A DNA stretch of 64,000 nt from Verrucomicrobiota bacterium (lineage in GTDB: Bacteria; Verrucomicrobiota; Verrucomicrobiia; Limisphaerales; UBA11358). Positions 26,528 to 35,983 of this stretch are shown piece after piece. Position 1 is the first letter of the stretch, and the number at the start of each line of letters is the position of its first letter. The notes under the pieces are model-generated. The model did no database searches. It worked only from the letters and a program-made list of their open reading frames with translations, and was not told the DNA's origin. The DNA lies in contig JBEKMW010000006.1 of assembly GCA_049523455.1 (NCBI GenBank), positions 5,731 through 69,730 of the forward strand. The letters are read 5' to 3'. The position numbers were made by a program, and so were the translations under genes.

Positions 26528-28027
26528 CTATTCCCGGGCCGCCGATGACAAGGATTTTTGCCAATCGCCGACGCCGGCCAGCATTTTGCCCAAGGGTTGG
26601 CGCAACACGAAGGCCGCCACCAGACCGCCATGCAACACGGCCGGAATCAGCAGCCAGAATGAGTCTTTGGCAAAGACGAAATAACCAGTGGCAAAGACCG
26701 CGGCGACGGCACATTGCAGGCCGGCGTGCCGCCAGGTCCTGCCAGAGAGCCAGCCGCCGGCTTTCAGCAGTCGAATGGCGAACAAGTCCTGCGCCAGAAA
26801 GGCGATGCGGCTGCAAAGGAATCCATAAGCGGCGCCGGCCACGCCCCCGAGGTGCCAGCCCAACCACGCACCCGCCGCCGCCAGCACGCCGCCGGTGATA
26901 CTGAAACCAATGATGGCGCCCAAACGGTTGAGCGAAGCCAATTGCGCTACGGAGATGTTCGCGATGGCATTGATGCAGGCTGCCGCCACCAGCGGGATGA
27001 TCAAAGGGTCGAACTCCGCCGCATGATGCGGCCCCAGCCAAAGCCGAAGGAACACCGGATGCCACAACCCCAGCCAGAGGGCGGCGAGCAAATACCAATC
27101 AAATACGAAGGCAAAGGTCTCGTTGTAGATGGCCGCGGCCGAAGCATTGGGCGCCCCGGCGGCACGCCGGGTGGTATTGTAAAATACCGGCCCCATGACC
27201 GAAGAACTCAGGCCCTGCAGCCGGGCAGCAATCTGGTTGCCCACCGCCCCGTAGTTACGAATATCCCGTGCGGGAGCCAGCCGGGCAACCACCTGCCGGT
27301 CAATCTGCGCGAAGAGGGAGCCCACGATCAGGGCTGAAAAGTTTTTGCCGATGTACACCCTCATCTCGCGCAACCGTTCCAGGCTGGCGGCCCGGAAATG
27401 GAAACCCAAACCGTAGTGCCTTCGGGCATGAACCATGAAGATACACAGCTCGAGCAGCGAAATCATCGCGCCCCAGGAAAAGAGGGCGAGCGGATTCCCC
27501 GTCAAATATGCCAGGACGATCATCGGCAGCGACTTCAGCAACGACGTAATGGTGCGCAAAATGCCGATGAACTTGAAATCCAGGTGCGCCTGCGCCAGCA
27601 CGTTCCAGCACTGCGAATAGTAGGAAAAGAAGAGATCCATGCCAGCGACCGACACGCAGGCACGAAACAACCGCACGTGGGCGGGCAAAAGGTTATACCA
27701 TTTGGGCCCCAGCCAGGCGCCCAATCCCATGAGTGACAAGGCCACCAGCAACAAAAAAGGGACCACGATCAAGTTGCCCGTGCCCCAATAGCCGCGCACC
27801 GCGGTCGTATCCTCTTTGCCCAAGGCCACTCCAATGTAACGTCCCATGGATTGCCCCAGGCCGAGGTCGGCAAAGCTGAACAGGCTGCTGAAGATGCCCA
27901 CACAAATCCAAAGGGCATACATCTCGGCGCTAAGGCAGTGGAGGTACACGGGCACCGAAACAAATCCGACGGCCGTGGTCGCCATCAAGGGCAACAGGCT
28001 CCAGAGCGATTGGCGTTTGATGCTCAA
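26528..28027 (-). CDS. oligosaccharide/polysaccharide flippase (MOP superfamily, Wzx-like)
   Basis: 499 aa with about 12-14 helices. The opening MSIKRQSLWSLLPLMATTAVGFVSVPVYLHCLSAEMYALW is typical of Wzx-type proteins. Confidence 0.8.
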   Translation of the reverse strand: MSIKRQSLWSLLPLMATTAVGFVSVPVYLHCLSAEMYALWICVGIFSSLFSFADLGLGQSMGRYIGVALGKEDTTAVRGYWGTGNLIVVPFLLLVALSLMGLGAWLGPKWYNLLPAHVRLFRACVSVAGMDLFFSYYSQCWNVLAQAHLDFKFIGILRTITSLLKSLPMIVLAYLTGNPLALFSWGAMISLLELCIFMVHARRHYGLGFHFRAASLERLREMRVYIGKNFSALIVGSLFAQIDRQVVARLAPARDIRNYGAVGNQIAARLQGLSSSVMGPVFYNTTRRAAGAPNASAAAIYNETFAFVFDWYLLAALWLGLWHPVFLRLWLGPHHAAEFDPLIIPLVAAACINAIANISVAQLASLNRLGAIIGFSITGGVLAAAGAWLGWHLGGVAGAAYGFLCSRIAFLAQDLFAIRLLKAGGWLSGRTWRHAGLQCAVAAVFATGYFVFAKDSFWLLIPAVLHGGLVAAFVLRQPLGKMLAGVGDWQKSLSSAARE

Positions 28028-28041
28028 TGAGAGGTTGTTCC

Positions 28042-29370
28042 TTACGCGCCGGGCGGCAGCCGTAGCGTGGTGTCCAGCGGCGGAAGTTCGGCCAGGTCCT
28101 TGGCGGAGCTCGCCCCGCCGAGCTCCACCAAGCGCTCGCCGGCGGGGCGCACGCGCGTCTGGAAACTGGCCGCGGCGTCGTTGAAGGCGGTGTTGGCCCG
28201 GTCCAGACCGGCACGGATTTTTTCAAAATGTTCGGTAAATTTTACCACGCGCGCATAAAATTCCTGCGCGGCCTCCGCAATTTTCTGCGCGTTCTCCGTC
28301 TGCGCGTGCTGCTGCCAGCTCACCGAGACGGAACGCAGCAGCGCGATCAGCGACGCCGGCGTCGCCAGCAAAATCCGTTTCTCCGCCGCCCACACGATCA
28401 AGTCGTGGTCGCCCTCCAGCGCGGCGCTGAACAGCGATTCCGCCGGCACAAACAGCACCACATAATCCAGCGCGTTGGGAAACTGGCGCGGATAACCGCG
28501 GTCGGCCAGTGCCTTGATGGTCGCCTTCAATTTGGCGGCGTGGGCCGCCAGCGATTCCGCGCGTTTCATCGGGTCGGCGGACTCCAACGCATTCAAAAAA
28601 TCGAAGTCCGGCACCTTGGCGTCCACGATAATGATCCGGTCGCCGGGCAGTTTCACGATGAGGTCGGGCCGGTTGTCGCCCGCCTGGGTCTGTTCGGTGA
28701 AATCGCAATGCGCGCTCATGCCGGCGGCTTCCACCACGCGCCGCAGCGTTTCCTCGCCCCAGCGCCCGCGGGCCTGATTGGAGGTGAGCACCATGCGGAA
28801 CTGCTGGGTCTCCCGCTCCAGCGATTGGTTGGATTGCGCCAGGGTTTCGAGTTGTTTCTTCACCTCGCCGAGGGTGGCGGCCTGGGAAGTTTCGGCCTGC
28901 TGCAACCGCTTCTGGTAGGTGTCCAACTGCTGCTTTAAGGGCTCGACCAGGGTTTTGATGGCCTCCTGCCGCTGGGCGAGGTCGCCCTTGGCGGTTTCCT
29001 GGAACTTGCCGAAGCTTTGCTCGGCCAGCCGCAGAAATTCCGGCGCGCTTTGTTTCAACGCCTCGGCGCTCAACGCCCGGAAGGCCTCGCGCAAATCGGC
29101 CAGCGCCTTGTCCTGCAGGGCGCGTTGGTCGGCGGCCAGCTTTTCAGCGGCGGCGCGGCTGGCTTCGGCGGCGGCGCGGGACGTCGTCGCCTCGCTCAAT
29201 TGGCCGCGCAATTGCGCGAGCTCGGCGTCGCGCTGGGCGATTTGCTGCCGCAATTCCTTTTCCAGTCTCGCATCGGAACCGGCGCCGCCGCGCGCGCGGC
29301 CGTAAAGCCAGCCGGCAATAAAGCCCACCAGGGCGGCGATGAGCCATTGGATGCCGACGGCGATTTGCAT
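28042..29370 (-). CDS. rmuC: DNA recombination protein RmuC
   Basis: ORF 28042..29442; the likely start is the ATG at 29370 (MQIAVGIQWLIAALVGF, a TM anchor). A long coiled-coil is followed by the RmuC nuclease-like C-terminus (PDLIVKLPGDRIIIVDAKVP...YVVLFVPAESLF). Confidence 0.85.
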   Translation of the reverse strand: MQIAVGIQWLIAALVGFIAGWLYGRARGGAGSDARLEKELRQQIAQRDAELAQLRGQLSEATTSRAAAEASRAAAEKLAADQRALQDKALADLREAFRALSAEALKQSAPEFLRLAEQSFGKFQETAKGDLAQRQEAIKTLVEPLKQQLDTYQKRLQQAETSQAATLGEVKKQLETLAQSNQSLERETQQFRMVLTSNQARGRWGEETLRRVVEAAGMSAHCDFTEQTQAGDNRPDLIVKLPGDRIIIVDAKVPDFDFLNALESADPMKRAESLAAHAAKLKATIKALADRGYPRQFPNALDYVVLFVPAESLFSAALEGDHDLIVWAAEKRILLATPASLIALLRSVSVSWQQHAQTENAQKIAEAAQEFYARVVKFTEHFEKIRAGLDRANTAFNDAAASFQTRVRPAGERLVELGGASSAKDLAELPPLDTTLRLPPGA

Positions 29371-29419
29371 ATGGCTTTGCGATTTGGGAGTTGGGCTTTC
29401 AGCGGCGTAAATCGTCAAT

Positions 29420-29803
29420 TTAGAAGTGGGCCACCACTTCAATTTCCACGTTGGCGCCTTTGGGCAGCGCGGCCACCTGGATGGTGGAACGCGCCGGGAA
29501 ATCCGCGGTGAAGTACTGCGCGTAAATTTCGTTCATCCCTGCGAAATCGGCCAGGCTGGTCAAAAACACCGTGCTTTTGACGACGTTGGCGAACGTGAGC
29601 TTTTGGTCATCCAGAATCGCCTTCACGTTTTGGAGCACGCGCCCGGTTTGGGCCTTGATGTCGCCGGCAATCAGGTTGCCATCTTTGGGGTCAATGGGTA
29701 TCTGGCCGGCGCAGAAGAGGAGATCGCCCACGCGGACAGCGTGGTTGTACGGGCCGACCGCGGCGGGTGATTGGGCGGGTTTGATGATGATTTTCTTTGG
29801 CAT
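29420..29803 (-). CDS. ridA: RidA family reactive-intermediate (enamine/imine) deaminase
   Basis: Only the C-terminal 127 codons of ORF 29420..30991 are real. MPKKIIIKPAQSPAAVGPYNHAVRVGDLLFCAGQIPIDP...ARSTIQVAALPKGANVEIEVVA is a canonical YjgF/RidA. Confidence 0.9.
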   Translation of the reverse strand: MPKKIIIKPAQSPAAVGPYNHAVRVGDLLFCAGQIPIDPKDGNLIAGDIKAQTGRVLQNVKAILDDQKLTFANVVKSTVFLTSLADFAGMNEIYAQYFTADFPARSTIQVAALPKGANVEIEVVAHF

Positions 29804-29989
29804 AAATTTTGAACAAGGTCTAGCTGCTTTGCTGGTGCCGGTCAAGGAAAGCCATTTGGGGAGAAATTGAGGAGCGCGGCATTCATGCCGCTTCACCGGC
29901 CAAAGCATTTCGCCCCTGGAAGATGAAAAAAAGGGCCTGCGACGCATTGACGCGGGGCGAAAAATGCCGAAACTGCGTTCCGGCCTGAT

Positions 29990-31129
29990 ATGAAACGCTT
30001 TGGATTCAATTGGCGGCGCTTTTGGGCGATTGTGGGCAAGGAATTCATCCAGATGCGCCGCGACCGGCTGACCTTTGGCATGATGGTGGGCATCCCCATG
30101 CTCCAGCTCATTCTGTTCGGTTACGCCATCAATTCCGATCCCAAACACCTGCCCACGGCGGTCTATTCGGCCGACAACAGCGTCTTCTCGCGCACCATCA
30201 CGTGGGGTTTGCGCAACAGCAGTTACTTTGACATCACGCGCGAGCCGAAGAACGAAGCCGACATCCAAAAGCTGCTCGCCCGGGGCACGGTGCAATTCGC
30301 GGTGGACGTTCCGGTGGATTTTTCGCGCAAACTGCTGCGCGGCGAGAAACCGGATTTGCTGCTCGAAGCCGACGCCACCGACCCCGCCGCCGTGGGTTAC
30401 GCGATCGCGGCGGTGAATTTGTTGACCACCACCGTGCTGGACCGCGACCTCACCGGATCGCTGGCCAAACTGCGCGGCTCTGCTCCTCCGTTCAATCTGG
30501 TGGTGCATCAGCACTACAATCCCGAAAACATCACCCAGTACAACATCGTGCCCGGACTCATGGGCGTGATGCTCACGATGACGATGATCATCATCACCGC
30601 GCTGGCGATCACGCGCGAACGCGAGCGCGGGACCATGGAAAATCTGCTTTCCACGCCGGCCCGGCCCGGCGAGGTGATGATCGGCAAAATCGTGCCCTAC
30701 ATCGCGGTGGGCTATCTGCAGGTGTTCCTGATTTTGCTGGCGTCGCGGTTTCTGTTCGACGTGCCGATAGCGGGCAGCGTGCCGTTGCTGCTGGCGCTCA
30801 CGTTCTTCTTCATCGTGGCCAATCTCGCGGTGGGCATCACGTTTTCCACCATTGCCAGGAACCAACTGCAGGCGGTGCAGATGGCGTTCTTCTTTTTCCT
30901 GCCGTCGTTGCTGCTGTCGGGCTACATGTTTCCGTTTCGCGGGATGCCCGGCTGGGCCCAGGACGTCGGCGAGCTGCTGCCGCTGACGCATTATCTGCGC
31001 GTGGTGCGGGGAATCCTGTTAAAAGGCAACGGCCTGGCCGAAGTGGCGCCCGATCTCTGGCCGATTGGGCTGTTTTTGGTGGTGATGCTGGCAATCGGCA
31101 TCAAACGCTATCGGCAGACTTTGGATTAA
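29990..31129 (+). CDS. ABC-2 type transporter permease (YbhR/YhhJ-like)
   Basis: 379 aa. It opens RFWAIVGKEFIQMRRDRLTFGMMVGIPMLQLILFGYAI, has a large first loop, and the ABC-2 signature region ERERGTMENLLSTP. No ATPase gene is adjacent. Confidence 0.8.
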   Translation: MKRFGFNWRRFWAIVGKEFIQMRRDRLTFGMMVGIPMLQLILFGYAINSDPKHLPTAVYSADNSVFSRTITWGLRNSSYFDITREPKNEADIQKLLARGTVQFAVDVPVDFSRKLLRGEKPDLLLEADATDPAAVGYAIAAVNLLTTTVLDRDLTGSLAKLRGSAPPFNLVVHQHYNPENITQYNIVPGLMGVMLTMTMIIITALAITRERERGTMENLLSTPARPGEVMIGKIVPYIAVGYLQVFLILLASRFLFDVPIAGSVPLLLALTFFFIVANLAVGITFSTIARNQLQAVQMAFFFFLPSLLLSGYMFPFRGMPGWAQDVGELLPLTHYLRVVRGILLKGNGLAEVAPDLWPIGLFLVVMLAIGIKRYRQTLD

Positions 31130-32577
31130 GCCGATGCTTTGGCCGCCGCCAGATCGCTGCGGCGCTGCGCCATGCTCTTGAAAAATTCGTAGCCTTCGCG
31201 CAAACGGCGGACGCACACGTCCTTGTCCTCCAGCATGGTTTTGATGATGCGTAGAATCGGTTTGGGACGCAGGTAATAGCGGTGATAGAAGCGCTCGACG
31301 CTCTCGAATATTTCCTCCTTGCTCAGGCCGGGATATTCGAGGGCGCTTTGCTGGAAGCCGTCGGTTTCCACGAGGTCGGTCTTGTCCTTCTTCACGAACC
31401 AGCCGTTGAGCCTGGCCTGCTCGTAAAGTTCGGTGCCCGGATACGGTGCGGCCAGCGATACTTGCAGGCTGAACACGTCGAGCTCCTTGGCAAAATTAAT
31501 CGTCTGCTCGATGGTTTGGCGGGTCTCGACCGGCAGCCCCAGGATGAACGTGCCGTGAATCACCACGCCCGCCTCATGGCACGCCTTGGTGAACCGGCGC
31601 ATCTCGTCGGTCGTCACGCCTTTCTTGATGCGCGTGAGCGTGTCGTCGTTGCCGCTCTCGTAGCCCACCAGAAACAGGCGCAGGCCGTTGTCCTTGAACG
31701 ATTTTATCGTGTCGTAATCGAGGTTGGCGCGGCTGTTGCAGCTCCAGGAGACGCCGAGCGGACCGAGTTTTTTGGCAATCTCGCGGGCGCGCGGCAGGTT
31801 GGCCGTGAACGTGTCGTCGTCGAAGAAAAATTCGCGCACCTGCGGGAAGAGTTTCTTCATGTACGCCATTTCGTCGGCGACATTTTGCGGCGAGCGGACG
31901 CGGTATCTGTGGCCGCCGATGGTTTGCGGCCAGAGGCAGAAGCTGCATTGCGCCGGACAGCCGCGACCGGTGTAAAGGCTCACATAGGGATGCAACAGAT
32001 AACCGATGAAATAATTCTCGATCTTGAGGTCGCGCCGGTAAACGTCGGCCACCCACGGCAGATCGTCCATGTTCTGGATCATCTCGCGCTCGGGGTTGTG
32101 GCGGATCTTGCCGTCCTTGTCCTTGTAGGAAAGACCGGCAATGGTGGACAGTTCGCGCCCTTCGGCGACTTCCCTGCAGGTGTAGTCAAATTCCTTGCGT
32201 CCCACCCAATCAATGGCGGGCGACGCCTTCAACGTTTCTGACGGCAATACCATCGTGTGCGCGCCCACGAAACCGATTTTGGTGTCCGGCTGCTGTTGTT
32301 TGATGGCCTCGGCCACCTTGCAATCGTTCTTCAGGGAGGGCGTGGAGGTGTTGATGATGACGTGCTCGAAATCCCTGGCAATGCGGAGGCATTCCTCCAT
32401 GCCGATGTTGTGGGGCGGGCAATCCAGCAGCCGGGAGTTGGGCGTGAGCGCGGCCGGTTGGGCGAGCCACGTGGGATACCAAAAACTGGTCACCTCGCGC
32501 CGCGCCTGATAGCGCGCGCCGGCGCCGCCGTCGAAGCCGTCGAAGGAAGGCGGCGAAAGATAAAGTGTTCGGCTCAT
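31126..32577 (-). CDS. hpnJ: hopanoid biosynthesis-associated B12-binding radical SAM protein HpnJ
   Basis: 483 aa. The N-terminus LYLSPPSFDGFDGGAGARYQARREVTSFWYPTWLAQ is characteristic of HpnJ. The radical SAM cluster motif is GRGCPAQCSFC. Confidence 0.8.
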   Translation of the reverse strand: MSRTLYLSPPSFDGFDGGAGARYQARREVTSFWYPTWLAQPAALTPNSRLLDCPPHNIGMEECLRIARDFEHVIINTSTPSLKNDCKVAEAIKQQQPDTKIGFVGAHTMVLPSETLKASPAIDWVGRKEFDYTCREVAEGRELSTIAGLSYKDKDGKIRHNPEREMIQNMDDLPWVADVYRRDLKIENYFIGYLLHPYVSLYTGRGCPAQCSFCLWPQTIGGHRYRVRSPQNVADEMAYMKKLFPQVREFFFDDDTFTANLPRAREIAKKLGPLGVSWSCNSRANLDYDTIKSFKDNGLRLFLVGYESGNDDTLTRIKKGVTTDEMRRFTKACHEAGVVIHGTFILGLPVETRQTIEQTINFAKELDVFSLQVSLAAPYPGTELYEQARLNGWFVKKDKTDLVETDGFQQSALEYPGLSKEEIFESVERFYHRYYLRPKPILRIIKTMLEDKDVCVRRLREGYEFFKSMAQRRSDLAAAKASA

Positions 32578-32583
32578 GAATTT

Positions 32584-34011
32584 CTATTGGGCCCGGACAC
32601 CACCGTTCGCTTCGTTCTTTGCTTTTGCCAGCGACTCGTCGGGTGCTGCCGTGTCGTTCGTGCCGCAATGGCTTTCGACGTGCGCAGATTCTCCGCCGTT
32701 GCGGGAGAAGGCGCCGTGCGCCCCGGCGGCGGGCGAGTTGACCGCGGCCCGTGCCTGGGCCAGATGCCCTTTGCCGACGGAAACGCCGTTATAGACACGC
32801 TTCTCCAGGCCGGGTGAAAACGGAAACGGCTTCGGTCGCGCGCCGAAGTTGTACTTGAAATTCTTCCAGTTGTCGCCGCGCTGATAATTCGTGCCGAGCG
32901 CGCCGCTGGGGTCGTAACCGCAATGGACCATGCAGTGTTCGCACCGCGAATCGCGCGCCTTGCCGTCCACCACGCCGTATTTTTCCCATTGCACCCTGGC
33001 CAGCATTTCCTGGTAGCCGTCGTAATGGCCGTCGGTCATGAGGTAACACGGCGCTTTCCAGCCCTTGATGTTGTAGGTGGGGATGGCCCAGGCGGTGCAG
33101 GTCAACTCGCGTTTGCCCGCGAGAAATTCCTGGTACACCGGCGTGCCAAAAATGGTGAACTCCTTGCCCCAATCGAGAATCTTCCCAAACTTCTGCCGCG
33201 TCATGTTGCGCGTCAGGAAGAAATCCCTGGGGTCCTTGCCCAGGCGCTTCACCATGTCCTTCTTGGCCGCGTCGTAATCGTAACCGGGCGAAATAGTGTG
33301 GCCGTCCACTTCCAACGAGCTGAGGAATTTGAACATGTCCTCGATCTCGGCCATGTCTGTCTCCTTATAGACGGTGGTGTTCGTGGCGCATTGGTAGCCC
33401 AGAAGCTTGGCCATCTTGATGGCCGCGATGCATTCCTTGAACACGCCTTCGCGCTCGACGATGAGGTCATGCGTGTATTCCAAGCCGTCCACGTGCACGT
33501 TCCAATACATCCACTGCGTCGGCCGGATGACGACTTTTTTCCGGGCCGCGTCGCCCGCTTGGCGGATGGTTGCGGCGTCCTTGTCGGATATCAATTTCTG
33601 GTCGAGCAACTTTTTCAGCGTCGGTTCCAAACCCGGCGAATAGATGGCCGCGAGGTAATCCTTCATCTTCTTGCGCATGAAGACGCCGTTGGTGCAGACG
33701 TAAATCACGCGGCCCTGCGCCAGCAAACCGGCGATGAGTTCCTCGATCTTTGGATAAATCAACGGCTCGCCGCCGCAGATGCTGACCATGGGCGCCTCGC
33801 ATTCCTCGGCGACCGCCAGGCATTTCTCGAGCGGCACCATGTCCTTGAGGCTGGTGGAATACTCGCGGATGCGGCCGCATCCGGTGCAGGTGAGATTGCA
33901 GGTGTGCAGCGGTTCGAGCTGCAAGACCATCGCAAATTTCGGAGTCTTGCGCAGCTTATGTTTAATAATGTGGCCGGCGATCTTCGCCGACAAAGCGAAT
34001 GGGAATCGCAT
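32584..34011 (-). CDS. hpnH: adenosyl-hopene transferase HpnH (radical SAM)
   Basis: SAKIAGHIIKHKLRKTPKFAMVLQLEPLHTCNLTCTGCGRIREY contains the CxxxCxxC motif. The body is colinear with HpnH, with a low-complexity C-terminal extension of about 80 aa. Confidence 0.85.
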   Translation of the reverse strand: MRFPFALSAKIAGHIIKHKLRKTPKFAMVLQLEPLHTCNLTCTGCGRIREYSTSLKDMVPLEKCLAVAEECEAPMVSICGGEPLIYPKIEELIAGLLAQGRVIYVCTNGVFMRKKMKDYLAAIYSPGLEPTLKKLLDQKLISDKDAATIRQAGDAARKKVVIRPTQWMYWNVHVDGLEYTHDLIVEREGVFKECIAAIKMAKLLGYQCATNTTVYKETDMAEIEDMFKFLSSLEVDGHTISPGYDYDAAKKDMVKRLGKDPRDFFLTRNMTRQKFGKILDWGKEFTIFGTPVYQEFLAGKRELTCTAWAIPTYNIKGWKAPCYLMTDGHYDGYQEMLARVQWEKYGVVDGKARDSRCEHCMVHCGYDPSGALGTNYQRGDNWKNFKYNFGARPKPFPFSPGLEKRVYNGVSVGKGHLAQARAAVNSPAAGAHGAFSRNGGESAHVESHCGTNDTAAPDESLAKAKNEANGGVRAQ

Positions 34012-34020
34012 AGTCTTAAA

Positions 34021-34224
34021 TTATTGGGCTAAAGCCACTTCCTTGGATATCACTGGCGCTGCTGCCGGAGCATTGGTCATGGGCGGATCAACCTTGAGCA
34101 AGCCGGGCAGGAGGAACGATGCCGGCGAAACCGTCTGGCTGGCGTTGACGCCGCCGCATCCTGTGCAGGCCAGCATCAACGCCGCCGCCATGGCCAGCGA
34201 CAGCAAATGGCAATTTAATCTCAC
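34021..34224 (-). CDS. small lipoprotein of unknown function, first gene of the hpnH-hpnJ transcription unit
   Basis: A GTG start at 34224 gives (M)RLNCHLLSLAMAAALMLAC|TGCGG, a lipobox-type signal. The gene ends 9 nt before the hpnH start. Confidence 0.45.
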   Translation of the reverse strand: MRLNCHLLSLAMAAALMLACTGCGGVNASQTVSPASFLLPGLLKVDPPMTNAPAAAPVISKEVALAQ

Positions 34225-34374
34225 TTGCTCATTATAGTGCACCCCGGCACGATGGCAACCCTTATTAGCCATTAAATGGAGCCATCTCGACCAGCAGCCG
34301 CAGCTCGATACCGCCGCCGTTTGGAGTTCCGCCTTCAGGCGGTGCGGACGGCCAAGCCGCGGGGAAGCGCCTGC

Positions 34375-35097
34375 ATGGTCGCCCTGTTTCTACTCTCCGC
34401 CGCTTCCACTGTTCTGGCCGGATCGCAAACCAACGTGATCTTCGCCGGGCGCGCCGGGACGAAATTCAACCAGACCCAAATCCGATTTGAGTCGGACACG
34501 AATAATGCCACCGCCGCCTGGCAATTTGCCCGCGCGTGTTACGACTGGGCTGATGTTGCCACCAACGACACCGAACGCGCCGCGATCGCACGGCAAGGCA
34601 TCGCCGCTTGCCGCGCTTTGCTGGCGCGCCAGAGCAATTCCGCGCCGGGCCATTATTATCTGGCGATGAATTTTGGACAACTGGCCGCGGCCGAAGCCCC
34701 GTCCCTGGCGGCCTACCGACTCGTGCAGCAGATCGAGGGGGAATTCAAAACCGCCGCGGCCTTGGATGCAGCTTTCGATTACGGCGGGCCGGCGCGCGGG
34801 CTGGGCCTGCTGTATCGCAACGCGCCGGACCGGCCGATCAGCGTTGGCAGCCGGCGCAAAGCCCGCGATTGGCTGGAGCGGGCGGTTCAACTCGCGCCGG
34901 AGGATCCGGAAAACCGGCTGAACCTGCTGGAAGCGCACCTGGGCTGGCGGGAGCGCGCCCAGGCGCGACAGGACCTGAAGGTGCTGGACGCGCTCTGGCC
35001 CAAGGCGCAAACCAATTTTACCGGCGTGGATTGGGAACCAAGCTGGGCGGACTGGACGGCCCGCAAACTCGCCGCGGAAAAGATGCTCATTCCTTGA
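34375..35097 (+). CDS. secreted helical-repeat (TPR-like) protein of unknown function
   Basis: ORF 34276..35097; the ATG at 34375 gives signal peptide MVALFLLSAASTVLAG. The rest is alpha-helical repeat-like (AAWQFARACYDWA..., HYYLAMNFGQLA...). Confidence 0.5.
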   Translation: MVALFLLSAASTVLAGSQTNVIFAGRAGTKFNQTQIRFESDTNNATAAWQFARACYDWADVATNDTERAAIARQGIAACRALLARQSNSAPGHYYLAMNFGQLAAAEAPSLAAYRLVQQIEGEFKTAAALDAAFDYGGPARGLGLLYRNAPDRPISVGSRRKARDWLERAVQLAPEDPENRLNLLEAHLGWRERAQARQDLKVLDALWPKAQTNFTGVDWEPSWADWTARKLAAEKMLIP

Positions 35098-35159
35098 AGA
35101 ATCGTTTTTTGCCGCGAAAAACCGCCAAGAGTTCCGCAATGTGGAGGAAATGAATCTCT

Positions 35160-35585
35160 TTAATTCCTCCGTCCCGCCACGTCTTTCCACGGGTTAACGG
35201 TCTGGCAGCCGGGGAAATGCTTTTCGTTTCGGGTTGCCACGGTGAGGTCGCAGCTTCGTGCAATCGCGCCGATCAGTGAATCGTCATAGGGAATGGGATG
35301 ATTTCGCGCTTCAGCCATGAGCCGTCCCCACTCCGCGGCGGCTGCCTCGTCGGAAACGTAAATGGCCTCGTGATAGTCCTGCAAGATAAACCCGTAAATG
35401 CGTTCCAATGCCAGCCGCGTTTTCCTGGTCCCCGCGAGCTCAATCCCGCGCCGGATTTCGGCCAGCGTCAAAGTGGAAATCCCCACCTCCCCGCGATGCT
35501 TGGCGAACCAGACCCGGACGGGATTGCCTTCGCGGAAATAATCACTCACGACGTTTGTATCGGCGAGATACTTTAGAAACGGCAT
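35160..35585 (-). CDS. vapC: type II toxin VapC (PIN domain ribonuclease)
   Basis: 141 aa. MPFLKYLADTNVVSDYF carries the first PIN Asp, a conserved acidic residue lies in TLAEI, and IGAIARSCDLTVATRNEKHF is the C-terminal PIN motif. Confidence 0.85.
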   Translation of the reverse strand: MPFLKYLADTNVVSDYFREGNPVRVWFAKHRGEVGISTLTLAEIRRGIELAGTRKTRLALERIYGFILQDYHEAIYVSDEAAAAEWGRLMAEARNHPIPYDDSLIGAIARSCDLTVATRNEKHFPGCQTVNPWKDVAGRRN

Positions 35586-35818
35586 GGTGGAACAGACTCC
35601 TTCTTCTCGGGTTCAAAGGAGAACCCTACGGACCGCAAAGCTTCCAAATGGTCCGTCAGATCTTGGGTTGCGGCAGCCACCCGCCGGCGGCCCCGCTTGG
35701 ATGGTGGAACCGGCTCGATCCACCAGCCTGTCGCCTCGCGTTTGACCAAATAGCGCGCTCCATTCTGCACGCCGCGCACGGTCAGGCGGTTCTTGTCTGC
35801 TACACTGATGCTCATCAT
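35573..35818 (-). CDS. putative VapB-type antitoxin (AbrB/SpoVT-like N-terminus)
   Basis: The ATG at 35818 gives MMSISVADKNRLTVRGVQNGARYLV..., 81 aa. It overlaps the vapC start by 13 nt. Confidence 0.55.
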   Translation of the reverse strand: MMSISVADKNRLTVRGVQNGARYLVKREATGWWIEPVPPSKRGRRRVAAATQDLTDHLEALRSVGFSFEPEKKESVPPCRF

Positions 35819-35983
35819 ATGGGAATGTTCCCATAGACCCAACCCGATGGCAACCGGTTTTTCCAGGGACAAGTGGAGGCATCGGAACGGGTCTGTGCCC
35901 GGGTGGCGGGAAATTTAAGTGGCACCAACCGCACTTTCAGGTTATCTTTTCTCCCATCATCGAACCTGGACGCATTCCATATC

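Noticed and set aside
29804-30991. N-terminal 395 codons of the 523-aa ORF 29420..30991
   Set aside because: Only the last 127 codons form a canonical RidA protein with its own ATG at 29803. The upstream part is antisense to the ABC-2 permease gene and reads as low-complexity His/Arg/Gln sequence.
31126-31129. Convergent ABC-2 permease and hpnJ genes share a palindromic TTAA containing both stop codons
   Set aside because: The observation is real, but it is most simply a chance consequence of compact gene packing, and I can infer no function from it.
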